A stretch of DNA of 64,000 bases. Source: Dehalococcoidia bacterium (lineage in GTDB: Bacteria > Chloroflexota > Dehalococcoidia > UBA2979). The notes beneath the pieces were generated by a model. The model did not search any database and was not told the DNA's origin. It saw only the letters and a list, made by a program, of their open reading frames with translations. Position 1 is the first letter of the stretch. Each line of letters starts with the position of its first letter. The translations under genes were made by a program, and so were the position numbers. Location: NCBI GenBank assembly GCA_965219085.1, contig OZ244720.1, positions 2,656,001 through 2,720,000 on the forward strand, given 5' to 3'. Shown here piece by piece: positions 37,276 to 46,421 of this stretch.

Positions 37276-38208
37276 TCAGTGCGCCCCCGTGAGCACGGCG
37301 AGGCGCGCCTCGACCTCATCGATCGAGCTGTCCGGCGTCGAGGCGCCGGCGGTGAGGCCGATGCGGCCGGCGCCCACGAACCAATCAGGCTCGAGCTCGT
37401 GCGCGCTCTCGACCTGGAAGGTGCGCGTGCCTTCGCTCTCGCAGACCTCGCGGAGGTGGCGGGTGTTGGCGCTCTTGCGTCCGCCGACCACCACCATCAC
37501 GTCGACCTCGTGGGCGAGCTCGGCGGCGGCGGCCTGCTGGCCGGTGGTGGCGTGGCAGAGCGTGTTGACCACGTGCATCTCGAAGTTCGCCTCGCGCTGC
37601 AGCAGCATGAGGTTGCCGACGAAGCGGGCGAAGTCGTCCATGCGGTGCGTGGTCTGCGCCATGACGCCGATCTTGTTCGGGAAGCCGCCGGGGAAGGTCT
37701 CGATCACGTCGCGCAGGTGGTCTATGTCCGGATGTTCGATCACGGAGACCTGCGAGCGGCCCGTGGAGTCGAAGCCCCAGCCGGTGATGCCGCGCACCTC
37801 CTTGTGACCAGGGTCGCCGAAGATGAACACGTGCCAGTTCTCGCGCACGAACTTCTGCGCATAGCGCTGCGCGCGCGTCACCACGGGGCACGTCGTGTCG
37901 ACGATGTCGAGCCCGGCGCGTTCGAGGTCGATCAGCACGCGCTCACCGACACCGTGGGCGGTGATGGCGACGCGGCCGGCGCCGACACTCTCAGCAGTGA
38001 TGGCGCCGAAGTCCCCGTCGATGTCGTCGGGGCCCGGCAGCTGTCGAACGCCCGCGCGCTCGAGCTGATCGACGACGTGGGGGTTGTGGACGATCTCGCC
38101 GGCGCTGGAGATCGGGCGCTCCGGGGTCGCCTCGCTCTCCATCATCTGGACGGCGCGGCGTACGCCCATGCAGAAGCCCATTTCGCTTGCACGGATGATC
38201 ATGGCCAT
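37276..38208 (-). CDS. ispH: 4-hydroxy-3-methylbut-2-enyl diphosphate reductase
   Basis: GFCMGV, VHNP, AHG, DTTCP, HKEV, QTT, TLCHAT, SANT, AGASTP; RBS GGAGG. Confidence 0.95.
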   Translation of the reverse strand: MAMIIRASEMGFCMGVRRAVQMMESEATPERPISSAGEIVHNPHVVDQLERAGVRQLPGPDDIDGDFGAITAESVGAGRVAITAHGVGERVLIDLERAGLDIVDTTCPVVTRAQRYAQKFVRENWHVFIFGDPGHKEVRGITGWGFDSTGRSQVSVIEHPDIDHLRDVIETFPGGFPNKIGVMAQTTHRMDDFARFVGNLMLLQREANFEMHVVNTLCHATTGQQAAAAELAHEVDVMVVVGGRKSANTRHLREVCESEGTRTFQVESAHELEPDWFVGAGRIGLTAGASTPDSSIDEVEARLAVLTGAH

Positions 38209-38304
38209 CGCGTACCTCCGGCGATACGCCGCGAGAGTAAGTCGCAATAAGTATAGGCCAGAGCCGAGCGCCGTGCGCCTCCCGCTCGCGTGAGACCTCC
38301 GACC

Positions 38305-38332
38305 TTGCGCTGCCTTGGCGATGCGGTATGCT
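38305..38332 (+). promoter_or_regulatory. sigma70-like promoter for the small AT-richer unit
   Basis: TTGCGC-16 nt-TATGCT. Confidence 0.5.
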
Positions 38333-38415
38333 AGTTGGGCGGGCAGGGCTACGCTCGTCGGTGTCTGGTTTGGGCGGCGGGATCGAGAATTCCCGGTTCT
38401 AGAACGATCGTTGGA

Positions 38416-38601
38416 GAGGAGAATCAAGGCGCTTATGAGCTAAACAAAGTCGCTCCGAAGAGAGCTTGAATTAACGTGGGGTTATACCGCCTTCCGGGCG
38501 GTCGTTGCGTTTAAGTCGAGAAATGAGGAGGAGAACCAAGATGTTGTAGCAAGAGCAAAGTATGGAAGTCATAAGATCGAGAATGCCGCCCTCTGGGCGG
38601 T
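38416..38601 (+). repeat. degenerate ~100-nt direct repeat, each copy ending in a CCGCC/GGCGG hairpin
   Basis: GAGGAGAAyCAAG at 38416 and 38528; CAAAGT at 38445 and 38556; hairpins at 38486-38502 and 38585-38601. Confidence 0.55.
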
Positions 38602-38626
38602 TGAGTTGTATTGGAGGCGGGGAACC

Positions 38627-38797
38627 GTGAAACAGAGCGACGGAAAACCAAGCGACGTGCATCGTTCATGCATTATCAAGTTTCGGACAGTTACTACGCT
38701 TCGGGATGGTATTCGACACCGGGCTGACGAATACGGCTATCGAGCGTGGGCACTTCATTTCCGAGTCAGCAAGCCACCAGAGAAGGGTGAAGCATAG
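38627..38797 (+). CDS. small basic hypothetical protein (56 aa)
   Basis: GGAGG then GTG; MKQSDG...IIKFRTVTTLRDGIRHRADEYGYRAWALHFRV; stop overlaps the next start. Confidence 0.5.
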   Translation: MKQSDGKPSDVHRSCIIKFRTVTTLRDGIRHRADEYGYRAWALHFRVSKPPEKGEA

Positions 38798-39072
38798 TGC
38801 GAAGACAACATATCAACGAAAGAAACTCTGGTCTGATGGCCACTGACATGCGGATTCGCTGGCACATGCCTGATGACCCGGACAAAGAGACGCGACGGGG
38901 CGTCGAGGCACTCTTGCGCCGCCCCCCGCTGCTTCTCACTGGCGAGACTGAGACTCGTCGCTACGTCTGGCTCGACGTGACGTTCGAGGTCACGTGGATA
39001 CGATCAGACCATGGCCCGTACAACGCCTATGTGAAGGCAGTGGGTTCAAATTGGCGTGAGCGGCTCAACTGA
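38797..39072 (+). CDS. hypothetical protein (91 aa or shorter)
   Basis: TAG/GTG overlap with the upstream micro-ORF; followed by a hairpin. Confidence 0.45.
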   Translation: MRRQHINERNSGLMATDMRIRWHMPDDPDKETRRGVEALLRRPPLLLTGETETRRYVWLDVTFEVTWIRSDHGPYNAYVKAVGSNWRERLN

Positions 39073-39140
39073 TCCCTCAGCGCTCGAGCGGTAGGCCAAT
39101 GCCGACTTGAGCCCTGAGTACCGTTCCACCTCGCGACGGG

Positions 39141-39173
39141 CGCGCGTGACAGCCAATACGGCTGTCGCGCGCG
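39141..39173. terminator. stem-loop between convergent genes
   Basis: CGCGCGTGACAGCC-AATAC-GGCTGTCGCGCGCG. Confidence 0.6.
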
Positions 39174-39179
39174 TTCTCG

Positions 39180-40121
39180 TCAATACGCCCCCTGTGCGTC
39201 GAAGATGCGGCGCGGGTTGTCTACCACCATCGCGCGGATCTGCTCCTCGGTGACACCGAGGCGTTCGAGTTCGGGCAGCACGTGGTTCGGGATCGTGAGG
39301 AAGTGCCACTCCGGCGAGTTGCGCGCGATGGCCTCCAGCGGGACGCCCAGGAAGTGGCACGCGGCGTCGTGCGACAGCACCATCTGCGAGGCGAACCCGC
39401 GCCGGCACAGCTCCGCGATCGTGGCGATGCGCTCCTCGGTGCTCGCGAGCATCGACAGCCCGAAGCGGTCCATGCCGATCGTGCTGCCGCGTTCCATGAG
39501 CCCCGACAGGTAGTCGACATCCGTGGTGTCGCCGGAGTGCCCGATCACGACGCGTTCGAGGTCGACGCCCTCCTCCCCGAAGACGCGTTGCTGGTCCGCG
39601 CCCGAGCCGATGGTGGGGTTGCTGTGCGTCATCAGCGGGGCGCCGGTTGCGCGGTGCGCGCGCGCGGCGATGCGCAGTTGGAACTCGTTCTCCGGCGTGC
39701 ACTCCTCGGTCGCGATCTTGATCGCGCCCGCACGGATGTGGGTACCGGCGATGCCGTTGTTGAGGTCGCCCAGGTACAGCTCGAGGACCGGGTCGGGGTT
39801 GCGGCGCAGGAAGTAGCCCGGCGGATTGAGGTGGACCCCGGTCGCGACGACGATCTGCATCCGGGTACGCGCGGCGACATCGGCGACGAGCGCGATGTCG
39901 CGACCCAGGTCCACCGTGGTGAGGTCGACGATCGTGCGCACTCCGGCCTCGTACGCTTCATCGAGTGTTGCGGCGGCGCGTTCGACCTCGGCTTCGCGGT
40001 CGAAGAGCTGCGGGTAGCTCGCGTAGAGGTCATGCGAGAGCAGGAAGACGTGCTCGTGCATGAGCGTGAAGCCGAGGCCAGCGGTGTCGAGGTCGCCTGC
40101 GGCGGTGGGGATGAGGGTCAT
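39180..40121 (-). CDS. phosphotriesterase-like amidohydrolase
   Basis: TLMHEH, AIKIA, MTHS, IGHS, LSHD metal ligands. Confidence 0.9.
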   Translation of the reverse strand: MTLIPTAAGDLDTAGLGFTLMHEHVFLLSHDLYASYPQLFDREAEVERAAATLDEAYEAGVRTIVDLTTVDLGRDIALVADVAARTRMQIVVATGVHLNPPGYFLRRNPDPVLELYLGDLNNGIAGTHIRAGAIKIATEECTPENEFQLRIAARAHRATGAPLMTHSNPTIGSGADQQRVFGEEGVDLERVVIGHSGDTTDVDYLSGLMERGSTIGMDRFGLSMLASTEERIATIAELCRRGFASQMVLSHDAACHFLGVPLEAIARNSPEWHFLTIPNHVLPELERLGVTEEQIRAMVVDNPRRIFDAQGAY

Positions 40122-40184
40122 CGTGTACCTCGCGGGTTGGCCGGGCGCGATCCGACGCGGGTCTGCCGCTGGTCGATGGGGGCG

Positions 40185-40259
40185 TGGTGGGCCCGGTGGG
40201 ACTCGAACCCACGCGCGACGGATTAAAAGTCCGCTGCTCTGCCACTGAGCTACGGGCCC
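40185..40259 (-). tRNA. tRNA-Lys (anticodon TTT)
   Basis: GGGCCCGTAGCTCAGTGGCAGAGCAGCGGACTTTTAATCCGTCGCGCGTGGGTTCGAGTCCCACCGGGCCCACCA: cloverleaf with encoded CCA. Confidence 0.97.
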
Positions 40260-40423
40260 GGCCGCATTTGACGCCCGGCCGCGCGCGCCTGTCCAGCCCG
40301 CGTCCGCCTACGCTCCAGTGCCACCCCCACGTCCGACGTAGCGCGCCATCCCTCGCACCCTGTCCTGGCTCGCCTCGCATCGTGAGGCGACGCGGAACTC
40401 GATGTGCGACGCGAGGGGGAAGA

Positions 40424-40684
40424 ATGGCGACAGCCAACCCACCAACCATCCAGCCGCTCGGAAAGCCGACGGGGAGCGTGCGCGCGTACCTCGCGCTCGG
40501 GATCCTCGCCGCGTTCCTGATTACGCACGCGCTGGCCGCCGCGTGGCTGCTGCACGCCGGGAACGTCGAGGCGGCCATTGGACTGCTCGGCGCGCTCGCG
40601 CTCGAGGCAGGGACGGTGACGGGGTTCTACTTCGGGAGCCGCTCGGCGCGGTCCGACGCCCCGACGGCGGACGCCGCCGTCTGA
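40424..40684 (+). CDS. small two-TM membrane protein
   Basis: PLGKPTGSVRAYL, two hydrophobic helices, GFYFGSR; RBS GAGGGGG. Confidence 0.7.
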   Translation: MATANPPTIQPLGKPTGSVRAYLALGILAAFLITHALAAAWLLHAGNVEAAIGLLGALALEAGTVTGFYFGSRSARSDAPTADAAV

Positions 40685-40699
40685 GCACGCCTCGGCGCG

Positions 40700-41707
40700 T
40701 TACTCGGCGGCGTCGGGCTTCGGCTTGCGACGGCGCGAGGGCGCGACGCGCGGGGGTTCGTTCGGCTGCTTCGCGTAGTGCGGCGGCCACGGCAAGTCGG
40801 GCAGTCCGCGCTCGTCGTCGGCGTCGGCGAGCGCGAGCAGGCCGTCGAGACGGCCGGTCGCGTCGTCCATGCCGGCGGCAAGGTCGCCGACCTCGTCCCA
40901 TCGTTCGGCGAACCCGCGCAGGTCGAGCGCGAGCGGGTCGATGGTCGCGAGCTCGTCCCAGCGGAAGGGCGCGGAGACGCGGCCGGTCTCGCGCACGCTG
41001 TAGGCGCTCGCGATGGTCTTGTCGCGCGCGTTCTGGTTGTAGTCGAGGAATACGCCGCTGCGCTCCTCCTTCCACCACGCGGTGGTCGCCAGGCCCGGCG
41101 CGCGGCGCTCGACCTCGCGCGCGAAGGCGACGGCGGCGCGACGCACGTCGTTGAACTCCCAGCGCGGCTCGATGCGCGCGTAGATGTGGATGCCGCGCGA
41201 TCCCGAGGTCTTTGGCCAGCCCGTCAGGCCGTGCTCCCCCAGGAGCTCGCGGCAGACGGCCGCGACCTCGCGTGTGTCGTCGAAGGTCGCGCCCTCGGCG
41301 GGGTCGAGGTCGATGCGGAGCTCGTTCGGGTGGTCGAGGTCGTCGGTGGTGACGGGCCAGGGGTGGATGTCGATGCAGTTGAGTTGCGCCATCCAGATCA
41401 CGTCGCGCAGCTCGCGCGCGACGACCATGCGGCCGGGACGCGCGGCGGGGAAGCGGATGGGCGTGGTCTCGCGCGCGTCCTTCGGGGCGCGCTTCTGGTA
41501 GAACGGCGGCTCGCCCACGCCCTTCGTCCAGCGCTTGAGCATGCACGGCCGCCCGCGCACCGCGTTGAGGATGCCCGGCCCGCAGCGCAGGTAGTGCTCG
41601 ACGACGTCGAGCTTGGTCCAGCCCTGCTCGGGGAACATGACCTTGCCCGGGCTGGAGACGCGCACCGGCTCGCCGTCCGCGTCGACGTAGACCTCGTCCT
41701 TCGCCAT
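40700..41707 (-). CDS. LigD-type primase-polymerase (Prim-PolC-like)
   Basis: SSPGKVMFP, FYQK, IDLDP, KTSGSRGIH, FLDYNQN; tail WPPHYAKQPNEPPRVAPSR. Confidence 0.9.
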   Translation of the reverse strand: MAKDEVYVDADGEPVRVSSPGKVMFPEQGWTKLDVVEHYLRCGPGILNAVRGRPCMLKRWTKGVGEPPFYQKRAPKDARETTPIRFPAARPGRMVVARELRDVIWMAQLNCIDIHPWPVTTDDLDHPNELRIDLDPAEGATFDDTREVAAVCRELLGEHGLTGWPKTSGSRGIHIYARIEPRWEFNDVRRAAVAFAREVERRAPGLATTAWWKEERSGVFLDYNQNARDKTIASAYSVRETGRVSAPFRWDELATIDPLALDLRGFAERWDEVGDLAAGMDDATGRLDGLLALADADDERGLPDLPWPPHYAKQPNEPPRVAPSRRRKPKPDAAE

Positions 41708-41735
41708 GGCGCCGCTCCGGCTCCTCGCCCCGCCG

Positions 41736-42551
41736 TCAGCTCCGCAGCTGCGACCGCCAGGCGTCGATCGCGCCGCGCACGCCCAACTCGCGCACGCTGT
41801 CGCGCATCGCCTCCACGTCGGGCGAGAAGTGCGCGATGGCGTCGAGTTCGGCGCCGGCGCGGAGAGCCGCGCGCATGCCCCGGATCTCCTCCACGCGGTT
41901 CGCGGAGAGCTTGTGGATGGCGAGCACGTCCTTCGGGACCATCGAGATGCGCTGCACGTAGTCCTCGACGTACTCGTCGAGGATCTCGGGGTGGATGGCC
42001 TCGTTGAACAGGCCGTACTCGGCGGCCTGGATGCCGGTGATGAACTCGCCGGACGGGAACGCGAACTGCTTCGCGCGCTTCGGGCCCATGTGCCACGCCC
42101 AGAACGCCGTGACATAACCGGCACCGAGGGGTAACTGCGGCCCGCTGCCGACGCGCGTGTCCTCGGCGACGAACGTCACGTCGCAGATCGCAGCGAGCTG
42201 CGTGGCGCCGGCGATGCAGTAGCCGTGCACCTTGGCGATGACCGGCAGCCGCAGCTCCGGGATGCGCAGCCACAGCCGCAGGCCGTCCTCGATATTGTCG
42301 CGGTCCGAGGTGGGCGAGTAGGGGCGGTCGCTGTCGGCGTCGCTCGGCGCGCCGAGCTGGTAGCCGGTGGAGAAGGCGCGGCCCGCGCCCTGGATCAGCG
42401 CGACATGCACGCCGTGGTCGCGCTCGGCCTCCTCGAGCGCCTCGATGATCTCGCGCTGCATCTGGCGGCTGATCGCGTTCAGGCGCTCAGGGCCGTTGAG
42501 CGTGATGGTCGCTATCCGTCCGTCGACCTCGTAGAGGATCTCCTCGGGCAT
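41736..42551 (-). CDS. crotonase-fold protein, non-canonical active site
   Basis: LNGPERLNA, GRAFSTGY, HGYCIAGATQL. Confidence 0.85.
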   Translation of the reverse strand: MPEEILYEVDGRIATITLNGPERLNAISRQMQREIIEALEEAERDHGVHVALIQGAGRAFSTGYQLGAPSDADSDRPYSPTSDRDNIEDGLRLWLRIPELRLPVIAKVHGYCIAGATQLAAICDVTFVAEDTRVGSGPQLPLGAGYVTAFWAWHMGPKRAKQFAFPSGEFITGIQAAEYGLFNEAIHPEILDEYVEDYVQRISMVPKDVLAIHKLSANRVEEIRGMRAALRAGAELDAIAHFSPDVEAMRDSVRELGVRGAIDAWRSQLRS

Positions 42552-42667
42552 CACGCGCCTCCTCGCTCGGCATGCCGCCCCTCGGCGGGCGGAGTATAGC
42601 GGGCGCGTCCGCATACACTCGCAGCCGTGCCGGACCCGCCGGCATCGAGGGTCGAAGGGGTGGGGCC

Positions 42668-43537
42668 ATGCAGCTCGGCATCGTGGGGTTGGGCCGGATG
42701 GGCGCGGCGATGCGCGAGCGGCTGCGCCGCGGCGGCCACGAGGTGACGGGATTCGACCTCAACGCCGAGGTGAGCGACGTCGCTTCGCTGCACGAGCTCG
42801 TCGACGGCCTCGACGTGCCGCGCGTGGTGTGGCTCATGGCTCCCGCGGGCGAGACGACCGAGGCGCTCGTGGCGGAGCTGGCCGGGCTGCTCACGCCGGG
42901 CGACATCCTCGTCGACGGGGGGAACAGCCTCTACAAGGACTCGATCCGCCGCGGCGAGATGCTGGCCGGGCGCGACATCCGGTTCCTCGACGCGGGGGTG
43001 TCGGGCGGCATCTGGGGGTTGGAGCACGGCTTCTGCGTCATGGTCGGCGGCGACCGCGACGCCTTCGAGGTCGTCGAGCCGGTGATCGCCACGCTCGCGC
43101 CGGAGGACGGCTACCTGCACGTCGGGCCGGGCGGCGCGGGGCACTACGTGAAGATGATCCACAACGGCATCGAGTACGGGCTGATGCAGGCCTACGCCGA
43201 GGGCTTCGACCTGCTCCGCGCGTACGACGACGACCTCGACCTCCCCGCGATCGCGGCGCTCTGGCAACACGGCTCAGTGGTGCGGTCGTGGCTGCTCGAG
43301 CTCGCCGGCCGGGCGCTCGCCGATGACCCCGAGCTCGAGCGCTTGCAGCCGTACGTGGAGGACTCGGGCGAGGGGCGCTGGACGGCCATCGAGGCGGTCG
43401 AGCGAGGGGTGCCCGCGAGCGTGATCACCGAATCGCTGTTCGCACGCTTTGCCTCGCGCGACGAGCAGTCGTTTGCGCTGCGCATGCTCGCCGCGCTGCG
43501 GCAGCAGTTCGGGGGTCACGCGGTGCGCGAGGCGTGA
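42668..43537 (+). CDS. gnd: 6-phosphogluconate dehydrogenase (short, NAD-dependent type)
   Basis: GLGRMG, DGGNS, GVSGG, GHYVKMIHNGIEY, DSGEGRW, FGGH. Confidence 0.93.
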   Translation: MQLGIVGLGRMGAAMRERLRRGGHEVTGFDLNAEVSDVASLHELVDGLDVPRVVWLMAPAGETTEALVAELAGLLTPGDILVDGGNSLYKDSIRRGEMLAGRDIRFLDAGVSGGIWGLEHGFCVMVGGDRDAFEVVEPVIATLAPEDGYLHVGPGGAGHYVKMIHNGIEYGLMQAYAEGFDLLRAYDDDLDLPAIAALWQHGSVVRSWLLELAGRALADDPELERLQPYVEDSGEGRWTAIEAVERGVPASVITESLFARFASRDEQSFALRMLAALRQQFGGHAVREA

Positions 43538-43556
43538 TGGCCTCGACGTCGGCGGG

Positions 43557-44357
43557 CTACAGACCGTCCGCGTCTCCGTCGAGGGGGCTCAGTCCGTCGG
43601 CGCCGAGGGACCAGCCGTCGAGACTGGCGCAGCGCAGCAGCATGTGATCGCGCACCGCGCGGAGCACCTCGACACGGGCGTGGCGCTTGTTCTCACCCGA
43701 GATGAGGACCCACGGCGCGTCCTCGGTGTGGGTGCGCTCGAACATCTCGTCGGCGGCCGCGACGTACGCTTCCCAGTGCTGGCGGTTGCGCCAGTCCTCG
43801 TCGGTGAGCTTGTAGCGCTTGAACGGGTCGTCGGCACGCTCCTCGAAGCGGCGGAGCTGTTCGTCCGGGCTCACGTGCAGCCAGAGCTTGAGCACGGCGA
43901 TCCGGTCGTCGGCGTAGTGGCGCTCGAACTCGCGGATCTCGCGGTAGGCGCGCTCGTACTCCTCGGGCGACGCTAAGCCCTCGACGCGCTCGACCAGGAC
44001 GCGGCCGTACCAGGAGCGGTCGAAGATCACCATGTCGCCACGCGCGGGCATCCTGGCGTGGAAGCGCTGCAGGTAGTGCTGCTTCGCCTCCTGATCGGTC
44101 GGCGGGCCGGTGGAGTAGACGCGGTAGCCGCGGGCGTCGAGGTGGCCGGTGAGGCGTGCGATGGCGCCGCCCTTGCCGGACGCGTCGAGCCCCTCGAAGA
44201 CAATCGCGATGCCGCATTCCGCCTCGTCGCGGAGGTGCGACTGGATGTGGACGAGGTCGAGCTGCAGGCGGGTGCGCTCCAGCTTGTAGTCGGAGCTGCG
44301 AACCCGTTTCGTGGGGTCGAAGTCGGCGATGCGCGGGGGGCGCGTCAATACCTGCAT
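43557..44357 (-). CDS. ppk2: polyphosphate kinase 2 family protein
   Basis: FEGLDASGKGG, FDRSWYGRVLVERVEG, KLTDEDWRNR. Confidence 0.9.
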   Translation of the reverse strand: MQVLTRPPRIADFDPTKRVRSSDYKLERTRLQLDLVHIQSHLRDEAECGIAIVFEGLDASGKGGAIARLTGHLDARGYRVYSTGPPTDQEAKQHYLQRFHARMPARGDMVIFDRSWYGRVLVERVEGLASPEEYERAYREIREFERHYADDRIAVLKLWLHVSPDEQLRRFEERADDPFKRYKLTDEDWRNRQHWEAYVAAADEMFERTHTEDAPWVLISGENKRHARVEVLRAVRDHMLLRCASLDGWSLGADGLSPLDGDADGL

Positions 44358-44652
44358 CGGCTCGCTACTTTACGATCGGGATGGAAGGCCTGCACTGGCA
44401 CGGCGCTGTCAGAGGCATGCGCTGTCGCGATGCACCTGCGGCGGGTCCTGTTGGTCCACCACGGGCGTGCTGTTCCGAGTAGCACACCATAATGCTACGA
44501 TCGCCGCGCGGTTGGACGGCTCCCCTCGCTCCGGCCCCGTCGCCGGACTCAGCGCGGCCGCCGCCAGGCTTCAGCCATGGCCATAGCACGCCATGCCGCA
44601 TCACCGGGCGTACACGCCGGCGCACGCCGCCGCAGACCGCTGGAGTATCGAC

Positions 44653-45720
44653 ATGGCTCAACGGATTGCCGACGTCCACGTGCGCAACACCGTACCGCTG
44701 CCCACACCCCGAGAACTCGAGGCCGAGTTCCCCGTCTCCGACGAGGTGCGCGCCTCCGTGGTGCGTGGCCGCCAGGCCATCGAGGACATCCTCGACGGGC
44801 GCGACTCGCGCCTGCTCGTCATCACCGGCCCGTGCTCGATCCACGACGAGCAGGCCGCGCTCGAGTACGCCAGGCGCCTCGCCGAACTCAACGATGAGCT
44901 CGGTGACCGCGTCTGCATCGCAATGCGTGTCTACTTCGAGAAGCCGCGTACGACCGTCGGCTGGAAGGGGATGATCTACGACCCCGACCTCGACGGCTCC
45001 TTCGACATCGCCAGCGGGCTGCGGCGCGCGCGGCAGTTGCTGCTCACGATCGCTGGGATGGGCCTGCCGACGGCGACCGAGTTCCTGGACCCCATCACGC
45101 CACAGTACCTCGCCGACCTGATCTCGTGGACCGCCATCGGCGCCCGCACGACCGAGAGCCAGACGCACCGCCAGATGGCGAGCGGGCTCTCGATGCCGGT
45201 CGGCTTCAAGAACAGCACCGAAGGCAACATCCAGATCGCCGTCGACGCGATGCTCTCGTCGCGTGAGCCGCACGCGTTTCTCGGCATCGACGGCGACGGC
45301 CGCACGTGCACGGTGCTGACGAACGGGAACCCGCACGGCCACATGGTGCTGCGCGGCGGCGCCGACGGGCCGAACTACGCCGCCGACCACGTGCACGCCG
45401 TCTACGACCGCCTCGAAGCAGCCGGGCTGCCTCGCCAGGTGCTCATCGACTGCAGCCACGCCAACTCGAACAAGGACCACACGCGCCAGTCGATCGCGTT
45501 CCGCGACGTGCTTGCGCAGCGCACCGCGGGCGACACCGGTGTGATCGGCCTGATGGTCGAGAGCCACCTGCACGAGGGCAAGCAGTCGCTCGGCGGCGAC
45601 CCGGACGAGCTGCGCTACGGCGTGTCGATCACCGATGCCTGCATCGGCTGGGACGAGACCGTCGAACTGCTGCGCGAAGCAGCGGCCATGAGCCGCGAGC
45701 CCGCCACCGCGTCCGCGTAA
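44653..45720 (+). CDS. DAHP synthase, type I-alpha (AroF/G/H family)
   Basis: GPCSIHD, RVYFEKPRTTVGWKG, IGARTTESQ, DCSHANS, SITDAC. Confidence 0.95.
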   Translation: MAQRIADVHVRNTVPLPTPRELEAEFPVSDEVRASVVRGRQAIEDILDGRDSRLLVITGPCSIHDEQAALEYARRLAELNDELGDRVCIAMRVYFEKPRTTVGWKGMIYDPDLDGSFDIASGLRRARQLLLTIAGMGLPTATEFLDPITPQYLADLISWTAIGARTTESQTHRQMASGLSMPVGFKNSTEGNIQIAVDAMLSSREPHAFLGIDGDGRTCTVLTNGNPHGHMVLRGGADGPNYAADHVHAVYDRLEAAGLPRQVLIDCSHANSNKDHTRQSIAFRDVLAQRTAGDTGVIGLMVESHLHEGKQSLGGDPDELRYGVSITDACIGWDETVELLREAAAMSREPATASA

Positions 45721-45751
45721 GCGCGCCCCGGCGCGGCTACCCTGCCTCCGG

Positions 45752-46309
45752 CTATCGAGCCGTCCAGCGCGGCTCGTCGACGCCCGCCTGCGCGTTGACG
45801 CTGCGCGCCGCCACGAACAGGAAGTCGGACAGCCGGTTGAGGTAGCGCAACGCCTCGCCCGAGACCTCCTCGGAGGCCGCGAGGGTGACCGCGCGCCGCT
45901 CCGCGCGCCGGCACACCGTCCGAGCGTGGTGGAGCGAGGCCGCCGCGGGCGCGCCGCCGGGCAGGATGAACTGCGTCAGCGGCTCCAGGTCCTCCTCGAT
46001 CTCGTCGATCCAGCGCTCGAGCCGCTCGATCGACTCGACGGGCACCTGCGGGGCGAGTTGGCCCGCGGCCACGCGCTCGCGCACCGTCGGCGTCGCGAGC
46101 TCGCCGCCGAGGTCGAACAGCGTCGACTGCACCTCGAGCAGCATCTCGCGCAGCCCGGTCTCCGCGAGCGCGGCGACGGCGGCGCCGAGCACGGCGTTGA
46201 GCTCGTCGACGGCGCCGTAGGCCTCGACGCGCTGCGCGTCCTTGCGCACGCGCGGGCCGCCGAACAGCCCGGTCTCACCCTCGTCGCCGGTGCGCGTATA
46301 GATCTTCAT
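45752..46309 (-). CDS. pduO: PduO-type cob(I)alamin adenosyltransferase
   Basis: MKIYTRTGDEGETGL, YGAVDELN, FILPGG, RRAER, YLNRLSD. Confidence 0.93.
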   Translation of the reverse strand: MKIYTRTGDEGETGLFGGPRVRKDAQRVEAYGAVDELNAVLGAAVAALAETGLREMLLEVQSTLFDLGGELATPTVRERVAAGQLAPQVPVESIERLERWIDEIEEDLEPLTQFILPGGAPAAASLHHARTVCRRAERRAVTLAASEEVSGEALRYLNRLSDFLFVAARSVNAQAGVDEPRWTAR

Positions 46310-46421
46310 GCGGCGCGGTCCTCCCTCGGTCACCGTAGCAGCATCCCCGGCCTGCGCGCAGCGGAGCTTCGAGGGCACTTGCGGGGTCGCTGCGCGCGTG
46401 GCGGTGCGGCAAGATGCGGGC

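Noticed and set aside
38416-38601. CRISPR mini-array, or the 63-aa minus-strand ORF with RPEGGI twice
   Set aside because: The repeats are too degenerate and irregularly spaced for CRISPR. The peptide repeat is a by-product of the DNA hairpins, and the promoter/RBS signals are on the plus strand.
40185-40259. tRNA-Lys as an integration site for an island or prophage
   Set aside because: I found no duplicated tRNA 3' end, integrase or phage genes in the window.
44486-44652. Aromatic amino-acid attenuator upstream of the DAHP synthase
   Set aside because: The only candidate leader has a single Trp near its end, no SD, and no clear terminator/antiterminator.
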